Notes: generated by a model not told the origin, from the sequence alone. A DNA stretch of 64,000 bases from the human T2T-CHM13v2.0 reference genome, Homo sapiens (GCF_009914755.1 NC_060925.1), one strand, 5' to 3'. Shown: positions 49,403 to 63,653, numbered from the stretch's first letter. Numbers and translations: made by a program.

Positions 49403-50723
49403 TCAGTAGGTCTGGAGTGGGGCCTGAAAGCATAGAGCAGTGGTTCCCAACTTTGGAAGAGAACCCAAAACAGATGACCAGAGACTCTGGTTCGGTTGGT
49501 CTGGAATGCAGCCTGGGCACTGGGGCTCTCTAAATCTGCCCAGTGATGCTAATGTGCTGCCAGGGTTGAGAATCACCACTGCGGAGGAAGGAAGAAGGTT
49601 CCAGATTTGAGTGGTTTTGGTACCCACCCCTGGAGCACAAATGGCCGAAAGTCCATCTTCAGAGATGTGAGGCCATCCTAGACCCTTCATGATCTAGTTC
49701 TGGATAGCACATAGGATTCATTTTTCATCCAACTTTGATTAATTGATAGTAGCCACCCAGAGACTATGCTGGGTTGGACAATGTGTGTAGCCTGAGAGAG
49801 GATTAGAACCCATTAGTGTGGGCGCCATAGCAGGAGATGGGACAGGTGTGGCATGTGTGTCTGACCTTGTCTGTACCTCTTGAATTGTATGTTCTGGAAA
49901 GGCTATGCTACTGCATCCCTTCTTCCCTTTAAATAATGGGTTCTCCTTTCTGGAATCCATCTACTTTTGGGGTTTTAAAACAACCATTAAAATGTGTTTG
50001 TGTGTGTGTATATATACAGTTCAGAACCATTGCCCTCTGCCCTGGTAGATTAATAACACCCTCCTCTGAGTTATGCCTGTATGTTTTAGTTCATGTCACA
50101 TTGTTATTTAATCTGTTTATCTCTCTCTCCCCCCCTTTCCTCCTACTAAACTGTAAGCTCCAGCAAAGGCAGTAATTATGTCTCAGGGCCTCAATGGTAT
50201 CTGACCCTTAGTTGATACTTCATAAAAATGTGTTGATCATGATTGAATTCTTTATCACCTCATTCCTAAATTTAGTGATTGTGAAAGATGCTAGGATAAG
50301 TCCTCAAGAATTTAGTTTTTTGAGTCGAATTTTTACATCTTTAAGTGGAACAATTATATACCTATACTCCAGGCCCATATTTCCATTACTTGCTGGCTAT
50401 TTTTGTCTTGTCGCCTCAAATAGGTATCTAAAACCAGATTTCTATATTCTGCCCCCCGATAAAAACTATCTCCAGATCATCTTTATTTCCTCCCTATTTC
50501 TTACCACTCCCCTTCCCCCCAACATCACGCCAGTCTTCAAAACTGACAGCTTCAAAGAATTAGTTTTCGCTCCCTGCTTAAATGATGACGGGATATTCTG
50601 GCAGATAAAATAATGTTTTCATCTATTGACAATGTCTCACTTGAAATAGAATAGTCGGTTTTACTATGTTCCAGGAGGAAATGACGTATTTATGAAATGC
50701 GCCCTTTGCCTTCTCCTTCACAG

Positions 50724-50835
50724 ATTGATGCTGCCTCATTCACGCTGACATTCTTTGGTCAAGGATACAGCCAAGGCACTGGTACAGATAAGAACAAACC
50801 AAATATCAAAATTTGTACTCAGGTGAAAGGACCAG
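50724..50835 (+). CDS. SCCPDH: SCCPDH exon 10
   Basis: tcacag|IDAASFTLTFFGQGYSQGTGTDKNKPNIKICTQVKGP G|gtattt; 112 nt. Confidence 0.97.
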
Positions 50836-51333
50836 GTATTTCACATATCACTTAAGAATGCTTGGGAATTTTATACTCTTAAGCTATAAAGTACAATGCC
50901 ATTACAATATATTCTTTTTAAAGCTTAATTGTTTTAGAAATACATTTGTACAAATTAAGTAACTTAAAATTATTCTGTCAAAGGAAGATTGAAATTATTG
51001 ATATAATCCAATTTTATTAGTGCATCCCTCCCTCTGGCTGTTTTTGGAGTATGATTCAGTAATTCAGAATGGCAAATTTTAATTAGTATTAATAGGAAAA
51101 GGGATTGGTTGATATTCACCTGTTTGAATCTCATATGCAAGTAGTGTAATTATAATGTCAGTCAAATCTGTGCTCTAGGATTTCTTTAGAGTCTCTGAAC
51201 ACCCTGACATTGTTTGTAAAATATGTATGCACACGTGCACTTTTCAAGGGAAGGGAATGGCTTCTGATAGGTTGTTAAAAGAATGTTGCCCAAAACGTTC
51301 AAGAACTTTTGCTGTACATTTTACAGAACTATG

Positions 51334-51644
51334 CAGAGACAGACAGGTCCACTTGTGAACTGTGGTATAATTACTGTCAGAGACAGACAGGTCCACTTGT
51401 GAACTGTGGTATAATTACTGTCAGAGACAGACAGGTCCACTTGTGAACTGTAGTATAATTACTGTCAGAGACAGACAGGTCCACTTGTGAACTGTGGTAT
51501 AATTACTGTCAGAGACAGACAGGTCCACTTGTGAACTGTGGTATAATTACTGTCAGAGACAGACAGGTCCACTTGTGAACTGTGGTATAATTACTGTCAG
51601 AGACAGACAGGTCCACTTGTGAACTGTAGTATAATTACTGTCAG
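51334..51644. repeat. 44-bp minisatellite, 7 copies
   Basis: CAGAGACAGACAGGTCCACTTGTGAACTGT(G/A)GTATAATTACTGT, period 44 from 51334. Confidence 0.97.
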
Positions 51645-52447
51645 CCCTTTTAGGTCACAGGCTATAATTTTTTATTGAGACGGGGTCTCACTATGTTGCC
51701 TAGGCTGGGCTCAAGCAGTCCTCCTGCCTCAGCCTTCTAAAGGGTTGGGATTACAGGCATGAACTGCCATGCCTGGCCCACGGGGGATTTTAATCAAGCC
51801 AGATGATAGTATGTTTCCATCTTGCCCTTTTCTGAAATTCCCACCTGACTTTTTAAGGTAAGTTGACTGTATTTTCATTATTTGACAGGATTATAAATGC
51901 TAATGTTCCGTTTGTTTATAAACATTTTTTTAACTTATGTTTAGTCGTTATTCTTTAAGAAAAAATTGAGAGGATTTTTTTGTTGTTTTTAAGTGAAGTG
52001 TGTGAATACAGATAGGGATCGGCTCAGTGTACAATAGAGAAACAAAAAACCTAGGATCATTGGCTTCAATGATTGTCAAGAAGCAGTGCAGTGCAGTGGG
52101 TGGAGTGTGGACTCTGGAACCAGCTGCCTGGGTGTGATTTTGGCTCAGTCACTACCTGTTAGTTTGGACAAGTCACTTAACCTCTCTCTCTATGGGATAA
52201 AAGTAATATTGACCTTAAATAATTGTTATGAAAATTAAATGAGTTTAATAGACCTAAAGCACTTAGTACAGTTCCTAACACTTAATAAATACTTTCGATA
52301 TGTTATTTTTGTTAAGTGACCAGAGTATCTATTGAAAAAAATCTGCACACCTAGAGTAAGATATAAAATCTACCATTTGATTTTTGATGTTGTTGAATGG
52401 GTACTTCATGATTCCTTTCTTTTTCCCTGATCAACTGTTTTCTGCAG

Positions 52448-52529
52448 AGGCTGGCTATGTGGCTACCCCCATAGCTATGGTTCAGGCAGCCATGACTCTT
52501 CTAAGTGATGCTTCTCATCTGCCTAAGGC
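52448..52529 (+). CDS. SCCPDH: SCCPDH exon 11
   Basis: ctgcag|(E)AGYVATPIAMVQAAMTLLSDASHLPK GC|gtaagt; 82 nt. Confidence 0.97.
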
Positions 52530-53584
52530 GTAAGTTTGGTTTTCTTCCAATTAGAAGATCTTTTTTATCTATGTTATATTTTAGCTTATTTTGATTTGAT
52601 TTTCAGGCTTTGGGTTTGCATGTAAGCATTTATAGTTCAGTTCCTTTGCTTCAAAAATATAGGTAAATTAAAACTGTGAGAAGGACAGCTTCTTACCAGC
52701 CCAGAGTTGGTCTCAGAGGAACAACTGTGGAGGTAAATGAGAGGAGACAGAAAAGTTGGAGAGCCATGAGTTAACTTCAGCCCTTTATAAAGATACCTCA
52801 AGTCCAGAGTCAGCCACTCAAAAAAGTCCCTGTTGTTAATAGTATTACTAGGAGCTTCCAATCAGTGCCTAACTATACCCAGCTGGCAGTAGTAACCCTG
52901 ACTGACACCAGCATAAATGGAACCATGGGATCCTGGCTAGATGATTTTCAGACGTACTGTCTTACTGGAGCATTTAGCTGTCCCCCTAAAACTAGGCCAG
53001 CTTTTCAAATGAGCAGAGGCCTGCTGCTGAGAAGTAAACCAGGCATGACCTAAAACAGGATTAATAAAAGTAAAATTTGTATATAGTAAAATCTAATTAA
53101 ATTTTTTCAAATACCTAGGTCCCCCTTGAAAATATTTAGCATTTATGAATGTTAGCTATTATATTTTTAAAAACTTCTTTTTCATCCAATTTAAGTTCTG
53201 TTTACACTTTCATAATAATTGATTATCTAAATTTATTCCATTCGGGTCTTTCTTTAATCCCCCTAAGTCTGAGGACTGTCCTTGTAAACAGCAGCGGTTC
53301 TTCGGGGTGATGGCGCACAGTGCACCCACCAAACACATGCATAGAATGGAAACAGTATCTCCAGGAACAGAGCCAGTCTAGATAGGGTTGGCTGTGGTGC
53401 AAGTTTCTCCTGACTAATAGCTACTTGCTCATTTGGCTGATTTTAGGAAGGAATCAAAGGTAGCCGTGATTACCATGAAGACTTGGGTTTTCAGGGGTTC
53501 TGTAGCAATTTGATAGTGAGGCCTGTGAAATAGGAGACTGGAGAGGAGCTGAGTGCACTGTTTTCTCTTGTTATTGTTTTATAG

Positions 53585-53690
53585 GGGCGGGGTCTTCACA
53601 CCTGGAGCAGCTTTTTCCAAAACAAAGTTGATTGACAGACTCAACAAACACCGTATTGAGTTTAGTGTTATTAGCAGCTCTGAAGTCTAA
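53585..53690 (+). CDS. SCCPDH: SCCPDH exon 12 (coding part)
   Basis: ttatag|(A)GGVFTPGAAFSKTKLIDRLNKHRIEFSVISSSEV*; exon lengths sum to 1290 nt = 429 aa + stop. Confidence 0.97.
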
Positions 53691-54202
53691 ACACTGGAAG
53701 AATTAACTGAAGTCATAACGTGCGTGAATTAACAGCTTCTCTATTTGATATTTGAAATTCTTCTGTAAGCCTGTCTGAGTGTATGTGGAAACGATTGTCA
53801 AATCTAAAATATCTATATATTAAAAAGTAGGAAATTGTCCTAGCTTACCCTAAATTTCAAATCTGAGTTGATTTTGTGATTTTATTGCTTATAACAGAGA
53901 ACTCATATTTGACATATTTTTTTCATTGATGTGTTCCTGGTAGATTTTCACGAATGAGCTGGCAGGTCTAATGGGGGAGGCGGCGTCCCAGTCTGTGTTG
54001 CAGCAGCATTCTCATCGGGGGTGCGCACACCATCGTTACTGTCGGGCAGTAACTGCCGCTTGCCTTGCCGCAGTAGGAGGGAAATCTCACCTTCCTTCCA
54101 CATACTGTCTTGAGCCTTTGCTAAATTAAACTGCACTTTTTGCTATTTTTGCCTAGTTTTTCGCCAATCTACACTGATTTTGGACTGTTACCTAAGTTGA
54201 AA

Positions 54203-54509
54203 AATAAAAGGTTGTCAATCGAATGGTGGTTTAATGTTTGGACCTGCCGATGTATTTGTATAGTGGTAGAAACATGCTGCTTAAGTGGCCTAACCTGTTT
54301 CTTGCCAATAAGTAGGCTTATCATTTTATCTTTACGTAATTCTATATCTGTGACTAGGTTTTTAAGGATACAGCTTATAAGTTGCTATCAATTTTCACTA
54401 CCTAAGCAGAATTTTTCTCTAATTTACTTTTTGTATTTTAACTAGGTTTTACATGGAAGCCCTAAAATAAGGCAAAAGACTTTTTCTTTTGTAATAAGCA
54501 TATAATAAA
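54203..54509 (+). terminator. SCCPDH: Candidate SCCPDH polyadenylation signals AATAAA at 54203-54208 and 54504-54509
   Basis: Canonical hexamers, each followed by GT/T-rich sequence. Confidence 0.7.
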
Positions 54510-54641
54510 CACGTATATACATAGCAATCATGTTGTTCATTACCTAAACAAGACAGCCACTCCTTTATGGAATTTCTACCAAAAAGTGAGGAACATAAAA
54601 TATTTAGGAATATTATTTGTGTTGGGAGACCCTTCTGCTCT

Positions 54642-54761
54642 GCCTGTAAGAAGAAGAGGGGGCGGTATCTAACTCAAAGAGGCCTGTAAGGAGAAGTGGG
54701 GGAGGGTATCTAACTCAAAGAGGCCTGTAAGAAGAAGGGGGGGGTATCTAACTCGAAGAGG
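54642..54761. repeat. Imperfect ~40-bp tandem repeat, 3 copies
   Basis: GCCTGTAAG(A/G)AGAAG-G-run-GTATCTAACTC(A/G)AAGAG at 54642, 54682 and 54723. Confidence 0.88.
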
Positions 54762-55816
54762 GGGTTCTTGGTGGTAGTATTCCCCACCCTAACTCTGCTT
54801 CCTCTGTCCTGGCCTGGTCATCACAAGATACAGATCCTCAGCTGTGCCCTAACTTGTGGGACCTTAGAAAAGGTTTTATCGGCTGTGAAATTAGAAAGCA
54901 GTACAGGAGCAATAGAGCCCACGACTAGCTGCACATCTGAATCACGAAACAGTAACAGGTTCCTCCGTGCCTGCAGCAACTTGCGTTCAGGAGGGCGGGA
55001 GGTCGAAGCCTCTGTGTTTTTGATATGCATTTGGGAACCGCTGGGTGAAGCTGCATATCCTGTCCCTGTTTCTAGCTTTGCAATGTATGCTCGAGCATTG
55101 ACTCTGATTCTGAAGGTAGCAGTGTGACCCCATCCTCTGGCTTGAGGTACATGTGTGTCTCATCCTGATTTTCCTTTTAATCCCCCAAGGTTCTGCCTGC
55201 TCCCATTTGCTGAAAGTATATGACTCACCTCAGGTGAGTAAACTGCTAATTGTCCAAAATGTTGAGGCTCAGTTCAAGAGACAGAAGCCATTCCTGCTCC
55301 CAGTGGCCAGGCCCAGAGGACTGGAGTCTGCCTAGCCTCTACTGTTACGGGGTCTCACTGACAGAGTCTTCCCAGGATTCCGTGATGCCTTTGCTGGCCC
55401 TGTCCTGGCTGTCACCACGAGGTGCTCCACGCTTGGGTTCCAGGGTTACAGCAGTTTTTTTAGTTCACTTGTGTATGTGGTCAGGACCTGAGCTGCAAGC
55501 AAAACCCATGCCTCCCTTACGAATCCTTGGACCCTGCTCTTAAGCTGAAATCACTAGCCCAGATTCCTTTGTCTTTCTAGAGGTTCCTTTTTGGAGCCCT
55601 TGACAGCCTCTCCTGCCAGTGCAGCTTCGGCGTCATCCTATTTGACCTTCCTTAACTTCATATTTTAGGGAGCAAGGATTGAGGTTGTCGCCCCTTATTT
55701 TCTCCTTCCTGATTTTTTCTGCATGTCAGCCAGGACTCCCAGGGACAGTCCTGCACCGTCAGGCAGCAGGCCATCACAGTTAGGAATGCAGGCTCTGGCA
55801 TCAGCCTCTGTGCTTA

Positions 55817-57400
<1,584 letters not shown>

Positions 57401-58229
57401 GACTAAGACCCATCAGTCAATTTGTGGAATCAAGACTGGCTTCAAGATAGACTAACTCCTAGTAGACTTTTTCACTAACAGTTACAATCCCTGAACCGCA
57501 GACTCTACACTGAAAAGGTCCCATCATATGGGCACTCCTGCTGCTGAGAAAATTGAACATAACAGTATTTCAGATAAACCTATGAGAAGATGAAACTAAG
57601 TGGAGGTAGAAGTCAAACTTGTTCAGAGAAAGATACAAAACGAGAGACGTGAAATAACCATTGTCTGTAGGTCTGACAGCAAGAAATAGAGATAGAAGAG
57701 CTTCATTTGAAGTTTTGAACTGTTTACCTTAAAAATATTAATGGTGAATGCTTATCAATCATGTCTGTGTGTCAGGCACTGTTCTAAGTGCTTTATGTTC
57801 ATTAACCATTTGCAGTAAATACTGTTTTCCTTCCCACAAAACAAGTGAGGAAAGAGAGGCTTAGAGAGGGGAAGTCAGTGGCCCCAAATCCTGCAGTTGA
57901 TAAGTGATGGACTTAACCAGGATTTAACCCTCGGCAGTCTGATCCCCGAGCTCCGAGTGCTAATCGTTCACCCTCTCCCTCCTCCCACCCTCCAACCTCA
58001 AAGAGACCCCAGTGTGTGTGGCTCCCCCTACGCGTCAGGAACATAGGGCCATTCAAGCAGCCTTTAGGTTATAGAGATGATTTACAGTCACATGGAAGGA
58101 GAGTTTTGCTTAAAACTGGTAGAAGAAATAGGTAAAGTAAGTGGGAAATGAGGTAAGCTTGCTAGCTACACAAATCATCTTCACAACTCGAAGCTCAAAT
58201 ACCCTCAGTGTTCAGCTGGTGTGTCTTCA

Positions 58230-58381
58230 CTATTTGATGTGCAGTAAATATTCTCGCTTCTTTTTCACTATAAGAGCAACGTCATTTTCAGTGTCCACAA
58301 GCTGGATTCACGTAGATCCCCCAAATCCTTAAACATCTGTGACCGTTGGTGTATAAACGGTCGAAGCATTTGATCAACTTC
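58230..58381 (-). pseudogene. KIF28P: KIF28P terminal coding exon (apparent -1 frameshift)
   Basis: ttttag|EVDQMLRPFIHQRSQMFKDLGDLRESSLWTLKMTLLL* (stop at 58268); the alternative frame continues NDVALIVKKKREYLLHIK followed by TAG TGA (58232-58227). Confidence 0.8.
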
Positions 58382-58782
58382 CTAAAAAAAAAGTGAAAAA
58401 AATTATAGTGATAGATTTCATGTCATCAGTAAAAAATGTGTGTGTATGAGTGGGGTGCCCACTAAGTTCCCCTTTGGGATAGAAAACTGCTTTTGAAAGC
58501 TGCTAGCAGAGGCAGTAAGTCACCTAGGAGCAGTTTTGTTTCGGATGACCCTAAGTTACTGCCAGTAGGGAAAACTGGTGAGATAAGTCAAATATTTTCC
58601 ACTGGAATGTTACTTCCTTAGTGTTTTAATACTGTCGAAGGAGTATTAAAGGAGTCTTGAGGGGCCAGTGGGTGTAGGGGCTCTCCCATTGGTAGGGTTT
58701 TGCCGATGCTTCCCCTAACCTGTGGAGGCAAGTACCCCTGAGAACTAGGGATGCCCTGGGGCAGAGTCCTGGAGACAAGTGT

Positions 58783-58954
58783 TGGAGGAGATGGTACCGC
58801 ACTGGCTGAAAATGGGAACGGCAGAGAGCAGGTAGTGTGACGTGATGGAGGAGATGGTACCGCACTCACTGAAAATGGGAACAGCAGAGAGCAGGTAGTG
58901 TGACGTGATGGAGGAGATGGTACCGCACTCACTGAAAATGGGAACAGCAGAGAG
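58783..58954. repeat. 63-bp tandem repeat, ~2.7 copies
   Basis: TGGAGGAGATGGTACCGCACT...GGTAGTGTGACGTGA at 58783, 58846 and 58909. Confidence 0.93.
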
Positions 58955-60545
58955 TGGCACTGGGATTCAGTTTCTATTTCCCTGAGTATTAGTGAAATGC
59001 CTGTTCAAATCCTTTGCCGATTTTTTTCGAATGTGCTTTCCAACATATTATCTTTTTTTAAATCTTAAAAGTAATAGTTTATTCTGAATACTAATGCTTG
59101 CTAAATAATATTAATATATTTTCCAGGCTGTGGTTTATTTGAAACTTTGTTTAAGGTGTCTTTCATTTAACCAGTTATTCTTTTTTATTGTGAGCTACGT
59201 AGAACAGAAAAGTACCCTAAATATATTGACAGGCCTAAAGTGAACACACCTGCTCTAGAGAGCCCACTGCCTGGAACTCCTCCTGTCACCTTCTTCCTGT
59301 CCCAGAAGCAACTGCCAGCCTGACTTGTGTGGTCACCATTTTCTTGCCTTTCTCAATAGTTTTGCCACCTAGAGTATATCCCTAAACAGTATATTTTGCC
59401 CTCTTTGAATGTTTATAGAATCATGTTGGATGTCATCTTTCGTAACTTGGTTTCCATCACTATTGGAAGACTCTTCTTGTTGCCTGTGGCTGTTGTTCAC
59501 TTTCATGGCAATGTAGTGTTACACAGCATAGAGGGGCCAAAATTTACCCGTCTTCGGTGAACATGTATTAGGGATGTTTCCAGTTTGGGGCTACTATGGA
59601 AGAGGGTTTTATGAACAGCAGTGCACATCAACTAAGATTTCTGTAGTGTTTTTCAACTGGCCCCTCATCTGAACCACAGAACGGAAGTGATTTGAATAAC
59701 TGTTTTCTCAGTTCTTTCAAGAATGGTGTGTAACTAGTGCCATCCTAGACACGTATGACAGAGTTAGCTTATTTCGTATGTCAGATGCCTCAGTGCAGTA
59801 GGTTCTCAAACTTGAAGGCAGAATCATGGAGAGGGTTTGTTGAAACACGTGTTACTAGGCCTCACACCCAGAGATTCTGATTCAGTAGGTCTGGGGTGGG
59901 GCCCTGGATTTTGCATTTCTGACAAGTTCCTAGATGCTGCTGAAGCTGCTAGGCCATAGGGCACACTTCGAGAATCTCTGCCTGAGGCATTAGGGCTTTA
60001 ACTCTGCAGAACCAGTTCAGCTGTGAAGGAAGGAAGAGTTGAATTGCAGGCTTCTAGGTTCTAGTATCTTCAACTTTTAATAAGTAAATGCCAAATAATT
60101 TTTAAATGGTTGTACCAATTTATACTCCTCTCAGCCATACATGAGAGTTTCTGTTACTTCATATCTTCACCAAAACTTGATATTGTCAAGCTTTTTAATT
60201 TTTGCCAGTATGGAAGGTTAATAATGGTATCTCATTGTGGTATCAGTTAGTATTTCCCAAACTATTAATGCGATTAAGCACTTCTCCATATATTTATTGG
60301 CATTTTTAATTTCCTCTTTTGTGAAGTTCCTGTTCAAATCTTTTGACCATTTTTTTTTCTATTGGGTTGTCTATTTTTCTTTTTGGTTAGTAGTTCTTTA
60401 TTTTGGATATTAGTTCATTATATGTTAAACGTGTTGCAAAGAACTTTTCCCATTCCTTCTGGCTTTTTCATTTTGGTGTCTTTTGATGCACCAAAGTTCA
60501 CCATTTTAATTTAGCTGACTTTATCGGTCTCCCTCTTTAAAGCTA

Positions 60546-60773
<228 letters not shown>

Positions 60774-62442
60774 CTATTTTTAAAATATTTAAATAAATAA
60801 ATAAAAGCATTAGGGTTGTGCCTTCCACATTTAGCTCTTTAATTCTCACCTGAAATTGATTTCTGGGGTAGTTTTAGATAGGAATCCAGTTTCATTTGTC
60901 CCCATACATATTCCTAATTCCCCAGCACTGTTTATTGAAAAGTCCATCCTTGCCACATTGATTTGCAGTTCCACTCGGTTGTATATCAAGTCTGTAGTCC
61001 TGAATAAATCTGTTTCTGAGCCTTCTGTTCTTTTTCTTTGGTTATTTATCTATCTTTGGGCCAACACCTTACCTTACTGCCTCTGTTACAGAGGCATTAA
61101 AATGAAGTGTTGATATCAGGTAGGGCAAGTCTTTCTGTCTTGTTCTTGGGTCTGGTCTCATCTTGGCTAGTTTTTGCTTTTGCAATTCCATACAAATTGT
61201 AGAATTATCTTGTTAGGTTCTATTACACTTGATTGGAATTACAATGACTCTTGGGGAAGAGTTGACAGATGTACAATAACAAATCTTCCAAACCACGGAG
61301 AGATGGCAGTTTCTCTATCTATTTATATCCTTTTAAACATCTCTCAAATAAGTTTTAAAATTTTCTCCGTACAACTCTTACATATTTTATGTCAGCTATA
61401 GGCCTAAGTATTCCATATATTTGATGCAATTATCAATGGTGTCTTTTATTTTAAAAATAATTTTCTGCTTGCTGCTGTTATATTCAAATACAGTTAATTT
61501 TTAAATCTTGATTTTTGTATCTAGCAACTTTGTAATTCATTTACAAATTCTTGGGGATTTTCTGTCTATACAAGCAGGTCATCTGGGATGATACTAGAGG
61601 CAGCGCAGTATAGACTGGGGAACAGCACCGGCAGGGTCTGGACCTCAGCGCTGCCACAGATGAGTCATGTGTCTTTAGACACGTTCCATGAACTGTAAAA
61701 TAAGGTGAATAATAGTACCTGCCTCATAGGGTTGCTGTGAGAATTGAGACAGTAAATGTAAAGCAGGTTGTAAGTGTTACATAAGTGTATGCTATTATTG
61801 TAATTACTTTTCTTTCCTTTCCAGTCATACTTTGTATTTCTTTTCCTTACTGCACTGGCTAGAACCTAAAGGACAGAGGTCAAGAAAGCTGGCATCCCTG
61901 ACCTCCTGATCTGAAAAGAAAAGCTTTCAGTCATTCATCACTAAGCATTTTGTCCACTGTGTGTTTGTCTTAAGATTGCCTTTATCAGATTAAGGAATGT
62001 CCATTTTATTCCTAGTTTGCCGAGAATTTTTATTGTCATAGGATGTTTAATTTGGCCACATCTTTTTCTGCATCTGTTGAAGTAATCAAATTATTTTATC
62101 TTATAATCTCTTAATATGATGAATTACATTGGGTTTTATAATGATAAACCAAACAGGGTAGTCTGTATATTGCATTGTAAAGTGAGTGGGTATCAGTCGT
62201 GCAGTGACCGTGGTAGCGTGGAGCCAGCCGGATGTGCACTCAAATAAAAAGGTCAGAGCAGAGACGGACGGCGGCCTGAGAGGGCAGCAGATTCGCGCTA
62301 ACAGAGCAGGTCAAGCAGGGCCTCCTCGCCTTGCTCTTCCGCTTCAGCATATACGTCTCCAAGCTCAGGAAATGCAGTTACATCAAATGTCTAAATTGGA
62401 TGGAAAGAAATTCTGTGTGCTCCCAGGATTCCAGTTCCTTAC

Positions 62443-62633
62443 CGGAGGTTGGTGCCGTCTGAGTCTGAAAAGCTGCCCTCTTGCCGTGTTCATGCTTTGG
62501 TAGAACACCTTCAGAGCCTTGGCAAGCTCTCGGTCAGAGCCGGCTTGCTGTGTGCACATTTGGCTCATCTCCCCGGCGGATGGCAGTTGCGCAGTCATCC
62601 CGCTGATCTTCAGAGTGTTGGAAGGCTTCGGGG
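62443..62633 (-). pseudogene. KIF28P: KIF28P exon (penultimate)
   Basis: cctcag|(A)PKPSNTLKISGMTAQLPSAGEMSQMCTQQAGSDRELAKALKVFYQSMNTARGQLFRLRRHQPP|gtaagg; phase 1 to 0; 191 nt. Confidence 0.83.
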
Positions 62634-62919
62634 CTGAGGTGGAAAAAGGTAACATTGATTTATGTATCTCTTTCTCTGGGCATCTCTATATTTATTTTGG
62701 TGGCATTCTACTGCATCAGCATTTATCAGGCACCAGTTTGGATCCATCCAAGGGAAAGGGGAAATCTCACAGGGCAGAAGAAATGTCCGGCATTTTTTGT
62801 TTATGAAAGAAGATACGAATTAACTCATTTAAAAGTTTGTTTCTTAAAAGACAAATACACATCCCAAATGTAGGAGTCTAGGGATAAGCTAAACAGCCAA
62901 GACTGGAGCAGTCTCTCAC

Positions 62920-63064
62920 CTTGACCAGAAGCAGTTTTCGCAAGTGATGCTTTGAGAAGCACGTTCTCCTCTCTCAGGGCTCTGTTAATGTTCCTGAGCG
63001 GTTCCGTCTCCTGCTCTAGCTTGAGCAGCTTCAGATAAAGTTCTGGTATCTGGTTTGATGCTGC
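62920..63064 (-). pseudogene. KIF28P: KIF28P exon (coiled coil)
   Basis: tggtag|AASNQIPELYLKLLKLEQETEPLRNINRALREENVLLKASLAKTASGQ G|gtgaga; phase 0 to 1; 145 nt. Confidence 0.85.
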
Positions 63065-63313
63065 CTACCAGAAAACATGTCAGTTTCGTCTTTTGTTGTA
63101 TCATCTGCATATCCTTTGAGACTGGCAATGTTTGCTACCATGGGAAAATCAAATGGGATGGGAGTGTGTGTATGGTGAGCAGAGTTTAAGCCCCTCAGGG
63201 TACACAGGAGTAAATAAAGAAAACGTTTGTTAAGGGGGAAGGAACGTCAAGCAGCCGTCCTCAGAGATTTTCTAGCCACCTGGGATGCCCACTTTAGTGT
63301 CCTATGTACACAC

Positions 63314-63420
63314 CTGGCTTATATCCTTCACAGTGGAAATTTTCTTGGTGTCTACCAGGATGTGGCCTTCACCTGTGACCATGAGGCCCAGCTGAGAGCA
63401 GCTCAGCTCGGTGCAGCCTT
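63314..63420 (-). pseudogene. KIF28P: KIF28P exon
   Basis: ttacag|(E)GCTELSCSQLGLMVTGEGHILVDTKKISTVKDISQ|gtgtgt; phase 1 to 0; 107 nt. Confidence 0.82.
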
Positions 63421-63653
63421 CTGTAATGGGGAGAGACACAGTCAAAGAAAGAAACATCCCAGTCGCCCAGCTCCAGTGTCAGGTGAGAAGTTGTTAAAGC
63501 ATGTAACCACCCTGCTGGATGAGAACCCAGAGGCCCAGGGGAAAAGATGGCTCTGGCCCACCGCTGTTAGGACGCTGACTGCCTCGCTCCTCTACCCCTT
63601 CTGCAGCCCTGAATGTATGGCATGTCTGATGAAAGAATAAGTAAGCAAGGTAC

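Noticed and set aside
51334-51644. CRISPR-like appearance of the 44-bp array (also the 37-, 34-, 39- and 63-bp arrays)
   Set aside because: Units are contiguous with no unique spacers, there are no cas genes, and the context is a eukaryotic intron; these are ordinary minisatellites
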